From Eledone cirrhosa (lineage: Eukaryota), in assembly GCA_964016885.1 (NCBI GenBank), contig CAXHJY010001709.1:1-63105 (forward strand): a stretch of 63,105 nt of DNA. Reading direction: 5' to 3'. The first letter of the stretch is position 1, and every line of letters starts with the position of its first letter. The notes beneath the pieces were generated by a model. That model was not told the DNA's origin. It searched no databases and saw nothing but the letters and a program-made list of their open reading frames with translations. The position numbers were made by a program, and so were the translations under genes. Shown here piece by piece: positions 39,196 to 50,442 of the stretch.

Positions 39196-42100
39196 TCATC
39201 ATCATCATCATCACCGTTTTACGTCCGTTCTTCCACGCTAGCATGGGTTAGACGGGTTGTCCTGTTGTGGGCAGTGTCTGGTCGGCTGACCATGCCTTGC
39301 TCATACAGGAACTGATCTGGCTTGATTTCTACAGCTGGATGCCCTTCCTAACACCAACCTCATTTACAGTGAGTGCTGGGTGCTTTTTCGTGGCGCCTAC
39401 ACGTCCACTTTACAGTGTGGGCTGGGTGCTTTTTTGCCGTGGCACCTCCACGACCACCTTGCGGTGGGGGGGGGGGGCATATTGTTTATATGCTTCAGCA
39501 TGTACCCATGGGAGGTCGGGTACCCTGTATTACTGCGTGACGCCAGAAGTCACGGTCGTGTGTCATTGACTTTGAGAGGTGTAGTTGGGTAAGGTCGGCT
39601 TTTATCACCTCATCCCAAGTCATCTTGGGTCTCCCCACTCCGCGGTTTCCATCAACTTCTAGTGCTCTGCACCTTTTTATGCAGCTGTCATCCTTCATAC
39701 GCATCACATGTCCATACCAGCGTAACCGCCTCTCCTGCACGCAGCATTTGATTCCTCTTATGCTCAGTCTCTCTCTCAATTCATTTATGCTTTGTCGTTC
39801 ACGTATATTACTGTTACACATCCATCGGAGCATGCAGGCTTCGTTTCTCTCTAATCTACGTAAGTCTTCCACCTTCAGCGCCCAGGTCTCACTACCATGC
39901 AACATCGCTGTTCGGATACACGCATCATACAGTCTGCCTTTCATTCTGAGGGAGAAGCCTTTTGCAGCTAGCAGTGGTAGTAGTTCCCTAAACTTCTTCC
40001 ATCCCGTTCTTACCCTAGTTATTGTACTTTCTGAGCACCCACCTCCGTTGCTAATTCGGTCACCTAGGTAGCAGAAGCTGTCTACTGTTTCTACAGGGCC
40101 CTCCCAGAGATTGGTGGTACTTGTTTCCTGTGGCTGTTTGCTTGCTGTTTCAGCACAGCTGCTGCATGTGAATCCTACATTCTTAATTAAGCTTCCTGAG
40201 ATCCCGCTACATCTCTTGTGTACCCATTGTTTGCATTTGGGGCAAAGAATGGAGTTCCTACCTACACCTTTCCTACATACTGAGCAAGGCCATTTCCCTG
40301 AGGGGATCTGGGTTCTGTTTTCTCGTCTACTTATAAGGACCTTAGTCTTTGTCATGTTGACTTTGAGGCCCTTTCTCTCTAGTCCCTGCTTCCAGGTTTG
40401 GAATTTATTCTCTAGTTCTACCATAGATTCAGCTATGAGTGCGAGGTCATCAGCATACAGGAGTTCCCATGGGCATCCGGTCTTAAACTCCTCCGTTATT
40501 GCCTGCAGGACTATGATGAACAGGAGAGGGCTAAGAACAGAGCCCTGGTGGACCCCAACCTGTACGCTAAATTCCTCGCTATACTCATTGCCAATCCTAA
40601 CTTTGCTGACTGCTCCCCTATACATGGCTTGTACCGCTTTCACAAGCCATTCATCTACTCCTAGTTTTCTAAGAGCCCACCAGATTACTGCACGTGGAAC
40701 TCTGTCAAAGGCTTTCTCAAGGTCGACAAATGCCAAGTAGAGTGGCTTACTTTTAGCTAGGTACTTTTCCTGTAATTGCCTCACAAGGAAGAGCGCATCA
40801 GTGGTGCCTTTCCCTGGAACAAACCCAAATTGCATCTCGTCTATATTCACCCGGTCCCTAATCAGCTGTGCTATAACTCTTTCTGTTACTTTCATGACCT
40901 GATCCATCAACTTTATACCTCTATAGTTTCCTCTATCTAGTGCATCGCCTTTACCTTTGTAGCAGTTGACAATGATGCTACTGCACCAATCTTTTGGTAT
41001 GGCCCCCTCTAGTATTACCTGGTTAACGATACGTGTGGTTATAGTGTGACCTACAGACCCAGATGCCTTCAGCATCTCGGCAGCTATACCCGATGGACCG
41101 GTTGCCTTCCCTATCTTCATATCTCTGATTGCCTTACTTACTACGCTGCCGCTGACTTGTACTGCTGGTCCCTCTATAGGGTCTACGTGGGGTAGGGTCT
41201 CTTCTTCCCATGCATTCTCCTCATTTAGTAATCTATCATAATGACTCTTCCATGCATCTTTCTTCTCAGCACTTGTGAGGGCAAGCTCACCTTTATCATT
41301 CCGGATACACTTCTCTCCAATGACATCACAACTATCTCTGACACACTGCCTCGCAATCTTGAATACCTCCTGTTTCTGGTCCTCACGTTGTAAAACATGC
41401 TTGAATTTTCTATCCTCTGCTTCCCTCCTAGCTAAGTATACTTGTCGCCTAGCTTCCCTCTTGGTCTCTATGTAATGTACCCTGCTCCCCCCGTTCTTCC
41501 ATTCTTTCCATGCCTGTCTCTTGGCCTTGACTGCTTCATCTACCTTATTGTTCCACCACCAAGTCACTCTCCTCCTGCTTGAGGTCTTACTCCAGCCACA
41601 AACCTCATCCGTCGCCTCTAGTAAGTTATTTTTTAGGAACTCCCAGTTCTCTTCTACGTTAAATGTCTCTATCTGTTCTTCTTTACTGTCGTAGGCGTTG
41701 AGTAAAATATCTTTAAATCTGTTACTGGTTGAGGGGACTTTCAGCTTCCAGATCTTTCTTCTCCAGGTTGGCCTCTGTTTCAGGGCTCGTCTAGTTCTGA
41801 CCGTGAGGTCGCTGACAACTAAGCTATGTTGGGATGTACATTCCTCACTAGGGAAGGCTTTTGTGTTTACGACCGTCCATCTGTCACGTCCTCTGATGAG
41901 GATAAAATCTAACTGACTAGAGTGCTCCCCTGATCTATAGGTGATCAGGTGGTTGTCGGGTTTTTTAAAGTTTGTGTTACATATCGACATGTCATTGGCG
42001 TCGCAGAATTCTAGAAGTCTGAATCCTTCCTCATTCCTTGTGCCAACTCCATGGCCTCCATGTACTCTATTGAAGCCGTCGCAGTGTTTACCTACGTGTC

Positions 42101-42692
42101 CGTTAAAATCTCCTGCAATGATTAGGAAGTCCTTGTCGTCTGTTAGAGCAGTAGTGTGTATTAGGGACTCGTAAAACCTATCCTTAAGTTCGTCTGGCAG
42201 CCCCGATTGGGGTGCGTAAGCTGATATTATTGTGGTAATTGTCTTATTCAGGACTAGTCTGAGTTTAATGATTCTTGCATTTACCCTGTACACTGAGATT
42301 ACTTTATCTACCCACTTGTCAGCTAATAGTATACCTACACCACCCATCCCATCGTCATTTCCCACCCAGAAAAATTTGTAGCACTGGCTTTTTCCTACAA
42401 GGACTCTAGCAGACCCTCCTCTCCATCTAGTCTCTTGCACACAGCATACATCAACTTCCTTTCGCTCTAGCATTTCTACGATTTCTCCTGCTCTTCCTTT
42501 CATTGAGCCTACATTGATGGTACCAACTCGGAGTTTTGGGCATTTGTCGACACTCGTAGGGGAGGGTCTCTGGGTTGGCGCTTCACGTGGGTGCTTGGTA
42601 GCTCGCAGATAAAATAATTTCTAATGTAAATATTTGAAGTGATGTGTTTTTGAAAGAGAAAACGAAGGAAAGAGCAATAGAGAGAGGATCAT
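39196..42692 (-). mobile_element. Near full-length young RTE LINE (family A)
   Basis: Essentially identical to 29818-32974; complete APE domain including motif I (LRVGTINVGS); (GAT)n tail; 5' boundary approximate, no TSD found. Confidence 0.96.
39495..42503 (-). CDS. RTE ORF: apurinic endonuclease + reverse transcriptase with inserted PHD-like finger (1002 aa from first ATG; frame open to 42620)
   Basis: ORF track; CVQETRW, AGDFNGH, YADD and CxxC..CxxC..HxxC..CxxC motifs. Confidence 0.95.
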   Translation of the reverse strand: MKGRAGEIVEMLERKEVDVCCVQETRWRGGSARVLVGKSQCYKFFWVGNDDGMGGVGILLADKWVDKVISVYRVNARIIKLRLVLNKTITTIISAYAPQSGLPDELKDRFYESLIHTTALTDDKDFLIIAGDFNGHVGKHCDGFNRVHGGHGVGTRNEEGFRLLEFCDANDMSICNTNFKKPDNHLITYRSGEHSSQLDFILIRGRDRWTVVNTKAFPSEECTSQHSLVVSDLTVRTRRALKQRPTWRRKIWKLKVPSTSNRFKDILLNAYDSKEEQIETFNVEENWEFLKNNLLEATDEVCGWSKTSSRRRVTWWWNNKVDEAVKAKRQAWKEWKNGGSRVHYIETKREARRQVYLARREAEDRKFKHVLQREDQKQEVFKIARQCVRDSCDVIGEKCIRNDKGELALTSAEKKDAWKSHYDRLLNEENAWEEETLPHVDPIEGPAVQVSGSVVSKAIRDMKIGKATGPSGIAAEMLKASGSVGHTITTRIVNQVILEGAIPKDWCSSIIVNCYKGKGDALDRGNYRGIKLMDQVMKVTERVIAQLIRDRVNIDEMQFGFVPGKGTTDALFLVRQLQEKYLAKSKPLYLAFVDLEKAFDRVPRAVIWWALRKLGVDEWLVKAVQAMYRGAVSKVRIGNEYSEEFSVQVGVHQGSVLSPLLFIIVLQAITEEFKTGCPWELLYADDLALIAESMVELENKFQTWKQGLERKGLKVNMTKTKVLISRRENRTQIPSGKWPCSVCRKGVGRNSILCPKCKQWVHKRCSGISGSLIKNVGFTCSSCAETASKQPQETSTTNLWEGPVETVDSFCYLGDRISNGGGCSESTITRVRTGWKKFRELLPLLAAKGFSLRMKGRLYDACIRTAMLHGSETWALKVEDLRRLERNEACMLRWMCNSNIRERQSINELRERLSIRGIKCCVQERRLRWYGHVMRMKDDSCIKRCRALEVDGNRGVGRPKMTWDEVIKADLTQLHLSKSMTHDRDFWRHAVIQGTRPPMGTC

Positions 42693-42693
42693 C

Positions 42694-42815
42694 TGTGTTC
42701 ACAGATTGATTTTTTTAGTTTCAGAAGATCCCGTTAAGGGTGAAAGCGGCGATTCTTTGCTTAAACTTTAATCTGTTATTTTAATAAATATTTGCTCTAG
42801 GTTTCTTATATATAT
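42694..42815 (+). repeat. Fragment of the H2 Helitron-like family
   Basis: Matches 9101-9182 (gttcacagattgatt...ctgttattttaata), then the reverse complement of 10082-10105. Confidence 0.75.
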
Positions 42816-43769
42816 TTATTATTATTACTATATATATATATATACATATATACATACATATATATATACATATATATATACATACATATATACATATATA
42901 TATACATATATATATACATACATATATACATATATATATACATACATATATACATATATATATACATATATATATACATATATATATACATACATATATA
43001 CATATATATATACATATATATATACATATATATATATATACATATATACATATATATATACATATATATATATATACATATATATATACATATATATATA
43101 CATATATATATACATATATATATATATACATATATACATATATATATACATATATATATACATATATATATATATACATATATACATATATATATACATA
43201 TATATATACATATATACATATATATATACATATATATATACATATATATATATATACATATATACATATATATATACATATATATACATATATATATACA
43301 TATATATATACATATATATACATATATATATACATATATATATACATATATATATACATATATATACATATATATATACATATATATATACATATATATA
43401 CATATATATATACATATATATATACATATATATATACATATATATACATATATATATACATATATATATACATATATATATATACATATATATATATACA
43501 TATATATATATACATATATATATACACATATATATATATACACATATATATATATACACATATATATATATACATATATATATATACATATATATATATA
43601 CATATATATATATACATATATATATATACATATATATATATACATATATATATATACATATATATATACATATATATATACATATATATATACATATATA
43701 TATACATATATATATACATATATATATATACATATATATATACATATATATATACATATATATATATAC

Positions 43770-44653
43770 ATACAAGCCATGTATAAAGAAACAGTCAGCT
43801 ATGTTAGAATTAACAACGAATATAGTGAAGAGTTTAGCGTAAAAGTTGGCATCCATCAGGGCTCTGTTCTCAGCCCCCTACTATTTATTATTGCCCTTCA
43901 GGCTATAACAGAGGAGTTCAAGACAGGCTGCCCATCGGAACTCCTATACGCAGACGACCTGACACTCATAGCGGAATCAATGGCCGAGCTAGAGAAGAAA
44001 TTCCAAACATGGAAGCACGGCCTAGAGTCAAAAGGACTTAAAATTAACCTGGCTAAGACCAAAGTTCTAGTTTGTAGGAAAGAAAACGAGGCGGCGGTCC
44101 CTTCTGGGAAATGGTCGTGCTCGGTGTGTAGGAAAGGCGTAGGTAGAAACTCCATTTTATGTCCTAAATGCAAAGCATGGGTGCATAAAAGATGTAGTGG
44201 GATCACAGGTAAGCTAACTAAGAACATAGATTTTACATGTGGCCGGTGTTCTGGTGCAATAAGTAGCAGCAAGTGCCCACAAAATACTAGCTCTTTCAAT
44301 TGCGCAGGGGGTTCTATAGAAATAGTGGACAGCTTCCGTTACCTGGGCGATAAAATCAGCAGTGGGGGAGGGTGCTCTGAAAGTACGGTAGCTAGAGTCA
44401 GAACTGGTTGGAAAAAGTTCAGAGAGCTTATACCACTATTAGCTGCTAAAGGGTTCTCCCTAAAAATGAAAGGCAGGTTGTACGATGCCTGCATACGAAC
44501 AGCAATGCTGCATGGCAGTGAGACCTGGGCATTGTGTGCAGAGGATATACGCAGACTAGAGAGGAACGAAGCTTGCATGCTCCGCTGGATGTGTAACAAG
44601 TGGGACTACCCCCGTCCAAACCCATGCAAGCGTGGAACACGGACGTTAAACGT

Positions 44654-44687
<34 letters not shown>
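43770..44687 (+). mobile_element. RTE LINE family B, 5'-truncated with ~593-bp internal deletion
   Basis: Colinear with 51361-52189, then jumps to 52781-52859 at a CA microhomology (44597-44598); (GAT)n tail. Confidence 0.95.
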
Positions 44688-44740
44688 ATATATATATACA
44701 TATATATATACATATATATATATACATTTATATATATATA

Positions 44741-45246
44741 TGGTGGCTGCCAACTCGTTTTCGAGTACGGCCATTACTTTATATCCATGTAGGAGAACCC
44801 CTACCAATGCGCTGAACGAATGTGACTTTTTAGTCCAGCCAGCGACTTGAAAACTCTGGTACAAACACTACACTTGTGACAATTATTGACACATAGTGCT
44901 GGGCCCATGGTACCATGTGACGACAAGTGCAGAGAGATCTCCAGATATAAAGCAATGCCTGTGCTGTGAAGCTTTTATAGTGAGCAAAGGCACTGCACAA
45001 AGCCAGTCCCACTCTCTTAACCAAGATGATATTTACCAAAAAGAAGAACAATTCAACATCATTGGATACCATCAGGGTTGCAGGTGTTATATCAGAGTTT
45101 TCCTTCTCCTAGAATTCTGCCTTGACAAAGGCTAAGGGGTCATCTCTCCCCATGATTTTGGATGGCTATTGACTCTTAAGAGCCCCTTTGCCTTTTGACA
45201 GGTTTTATTTTTAGTCCTGCAGGATGTCCAAAGCCACCCTCCTCAC
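44741..45246. repeat. Unclassified ~500-bp interspersed repeat, copy 1 (truncated at right)
   Basis: Highly similar to 46243-46788; bounded by TA arrays. Confidence 0.85.
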
Positions 45247-45524
45247 ATATATATATACACATATATACATACATACATACACATATATATATACATACAT
45301 ATATATATACATACATACATATATATATATACATACATATATATATACATACATATATATATATACATATATATATATATACATATACATATATATACAT
45401 ACATATATATATACATATACATATATATATACATATATATATACATATGTATATACATATATATACATATACATATATATATACATATATATACATATAT
45501 ATACATATATATACATATATATAC

Positions 45525-45709
<185 letters not shown>

Positions 45710-45786
45710 ACGAAGGAAATGTGGTAAGGAACCAGGTGGACCATAACGCACCAAAGTACTCAATACTTGAGGTAGTAGAGTGGGTA

Positions 45787-45916
45787 ATAGGAACCAGTAA
45801 GACCCCGACAGCTGAGCTCAAGCCGTTTCGACGGCTAATTCTGGACTCAGAATTGTGTCCAGAATTAGCCGTCGAAACGGCTTGAGCTCAGCTGTCGGGG
45901 TCTTACTGGTTCCTAT
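45787..45916. repeat. Perfect 60-bp inverted repeat with 10-nt spacer; contains the 3' half of a hammerhead-like motif
   Basis: 45787-45846 is the exact reverse complement of 45857-45916. Confidence 0.95.
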
Positions 45917-45929
45917 ATATATATATATG

Positions 45930-45975
<46 letters not shown>

Positions 45976-46014
45976 CATATATACATATACATATACATAT
46001 ATATATACATACAT

Positions 46015-46047
<33 letters not shown>

Positions 46048-46242
46048 TATACACATATATATACATATATATATACATATACATATACATATATACATAT
46101 ATATATATATACATATACACACATATATATATATATATACATATATATATACATATACATATATATATATACATATATATATATACATATACATATATAT
46201 ATATACATATATATATATACATATACATATATATATATACAT

Positions 46243-46788
46243 TGTGGCTGCCAACTCGTTTTCGAGTACGGCCACTACTTTATATCCATGTAGGAGAACC
46301 CCTACCGATGCGCTGAACGAGTGTGACTTTTTAGTCCAGCCAGCGACTTGAAAACTCTGGTACAAACACTACACTTGTGACAATTATTGACACATAGTGC
46401 TTTACCTTTGGTACCATGTGACGACAAGTGCAGAGAGATCTCTAGATACAAAGCAATGCCTGTGCCGTGAAGCTTTTATAGTGAGCAAAGGCACTGCACA
46501 AAGCCAGTCCCACTCTCTTAACCAAGATGATATTTACCAAAAAGAAGAACAAGTCAACATCATTGGATACCATCAGGGTTGCAGGTGTTATATCAGAGTT
46601 TTCCTTCTCCTAGAATTCTGCCTTGACAAAGGCTAAGGGGTCATCTCTCCCAGTGATTTTGGATGGCCATTGACTCTTAAGAGCTCCTTTGCCCTTTGAC
46701 AGGTTGTGTTTTTAGTCCTGCAGGATATCCAAAGTCATCCTCCTCACCAAGAAACCTTGGTGGGGTTGCCAGTTTAGTCGCCAACGGC
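46243..46788. repeat. Unclassified ~545-bp interspersed repeat, copy 2
   Basis: Same sequence as 44741-45246 plus ~40 bp including hairpin caccaag-aaac-cttggtg. Confidence 0.85.
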
Positions 46789-46792
46789 TATA

Positions 46793-46852
<60 letters not shown>

Positions 46853-47048
46853 CACATATATATATACACATATATATACACATATATATACACATATACA
46901 GTATTTTCCGTTGTATTGTAATATAAATATTACACACAGTAGATTGACAGCTCACGTAGAGTTTGCTCGACGGTTTCAGTTGTAGTTCCAAAAGTAATAC
47001 GGAGAAAAATAGAAAGATTTGAATGGATACAGTTTAGTTGAAAGGAAT

Positions 47049-47169
47049 TTATTGACACGTGTTTCTATAACAGTTACATAACCTGAAAACAGCTGCTATC
47101 TACAAAGTTTTAGTTATGCAGACATTCAATATTTCAATGTTATTATTTACTGTCATTTCATCAGAATAA
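47049..47169 (-). ncRNA. Type I hammerhead ribozyme motif (Penelope-like minimal stem III), within a ~46900-47412 element fragment
   Basis: Minus strand: UUAUU-CUGAUGA-(a)augacagu...acuguuau(a)-GAAA-C-ACGU-G-UC-AAUAA; 5-bp stem I, GUC site, palindromic loop; first stem II pair is A.A. Confidence 0.75.
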
Positions 47170-47766
47170 TATTATTGAGGACCTATTTGGTTTTTATAGA
47201 GAATATTAGGAGGGAGGGGTGAAGATGTTAGAAGAATAGTTGAGGGAGTGGTTTGTTGATAGCAGTGAGAATTTTTGGTGGCACTGAGTAATTAGATTCC
47301 CATCTGTTGTTTTGACATTTTTATAGAATATATTATTGGTTATTTTTCTAAATTTATAGAAGGATTAGAGATAGTAAAGATATGCGTGGTTGGTTTTGTG
47401 TTCAAATCTTTCATATATATACACATGTATATACACATGTATATACACATATATATACACATATATATACACACATATATATATACATATATATATACAT
47501 ATATATATACACATATATATATGCATATATATATACATATATATATGCATATATATATACATATATATATGCATATATATATGCACATATATATACATAT
47601 ATATATACATATATATATACATATATATATACATATATATATACATATATATATACATATATATATACACATATATATATACATATATATATACATATAT
47701 ATATACATATATACATATATATATATACATATATATATACATATATATATACATATATATATATAC

Positions 47767-47811
<45 letters not shown>

Positions 47812-48102
47812 TATATGCACATATATATATACATATATATATACATATATATATGCACATATATATATACATATATATATGCACATATATATATACATAT
47901 ATATATGCACATATATATATACATATATATATACATATATATATACATATATATATGCACATATATATATACATATATATATACATATATATACACATAT
48001 ATATACACATATATATACACATATATATACACATATATATACACATATATATACACATATATATACACATATATATACACATATATATACACATATATAT
48101 AC

Positions 48103-48209
<107 letters not shown>

Positions 48210-48290
48210 CACATATATATACACATATATATATACATATATATACATATATATATACATATATATACATATATATATACATATATATAC

Positions 48291-48323
<33 letters not shown>

Positions 48324-48382
48324 CACATATATATATATATATATACACATATATATATATATATATACACATATATATACAC

Positions 48383-48413
<31 letters not shown>

Positions 48414-48708
48414 TATATACATATATATACACATATATATATACATATATATACATATATATATACATATACATATACATATACATACATATATATATAC
48501 ATACATATATATATATATATACATATATATGTATATATATACATATATATGTATATATATATATATATACATATGTAGATAAATCTACCAAGAGTTTACG
48601 GTAGTGTCCAATCCGTATGAAGAACTCAATGTATTCCGGATATCATGGAAAGAAGAGATGTAATGAAAGATCACTTTCGGTGAAAGATAAACGGTATACA
48701 GAGTCAAG

Positions 48709-48974
48709 ATAAAATATTAAACAAATAATGAATAAAACAATGAAACAGTTCCTTATATTAAACAAAAAAAGTTCATTATTTAACGATCGTTTCTAGGATA
48801 TATATGTGTTAGAATTGGCATGCATATTCAACAGATCTATGCATAGATCTGTTGAATATGCATGCCAATTCTAACACATATATATCCTAGAAACGATCGT
48901 TAAATAATGAACTTTTTTTGTTTAATATAAGGAACTGTTTCATTGTTTTATTCATTATTTGTTTAATATTTTAT
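48709..48974. repeat. Perfect 266-bp palindrome without spacer (133-bp arms)
   Basis: Centre acagatctatg|catagatctgt at 48841/48842; arms checked as exact complements. Confidence 0.95.
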
Positions 48975-49268
48975 ATATATACATATATATGTATATATAT
49001 ATATATATACATATATATGTATATATATATATATATACATATATATGTATATATATATATACATATACATATATATGTATATATATATATATATACATAT
49101 ATATGTATATATATATATACATATACATATATATGTATATATATATATACATATACATATATATGTATATATATATATACATATACATATATATGTATAT
49201 ATATACATATATATATACATATATATATACATATATATATATACATATATATATACATATATATATAC

Positions 49269-49319
<51 letters not shown>

Positions 49320-49329
49320 CATATATATG

Positions 49330-49401
<72 letters not shown>

Positions 49402-49408
49402 CATATAC

Positions 49409-49440
<32 letters not shown>

Positions 49441-49564
49441 GTATATATATACATATATATATACATATATATATACATATATATATATACACACATATAT
49501 ATATATACATATATATATACATATATATATATACACACATATATATATACATATATATATATAC

Positions 49565-49595
<31 letters not shown>

Positions 49596-50306
49596 CATAT
49601 ATATATACATATATATATACATATATATATACATATATACATATATATACATATATATATACATATATATATACATATATATATACATATATATATACAT
49701 ATATACATATATATATACATATATATATACATATATATATACATATATACATATATATATATACATATATATATACATATACATATATACATATATATAT
49801 ATACATACATATACATATATACATATACATACATATACATATATATATATATATACATATATATATACACATATATATATATACATACATATACATATAT
49901 ACATATACATACATATACATATATACATATATATATATATATACATATATATATACATATACATATATACATATATATATATACATATATATATACATAT
50001 ACATATATATGTATATATATATATATACATATATATATACATATATATACATATATATATACATATATATGTATATATATATATACATATATATACATAT
50101 ATATATACATATATAGATATATATATACATATATATGTATATATATATATACATATATATATACATATATATATACATATACATATATATATACATATAC
50201 ATATACATACATATATATATATATACATACATACATATATATATATACAAACATATATATATATATATATATATACATACATATATATATATATATATAT
50301 ACATAC

Positions 50307-50337
<31 letters not shown>

Positions 50338-50338
50338 C

Positions 50339-50373
<35 letters not shown>

Positions 50374-50386
50374 CATATATATATAC

Positions 50387-50437
<51 letters not shown>

Positions 50438-50442
50438 TATAT

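Noticed and set aside
47170-47412. Possible remnant of a Penelope GIY-YIG C-terminus upstream of the hammerhead ([12 protein letters not shown])
   Set aside because: Similarity too weak and interrupted to call a coding feature by eye
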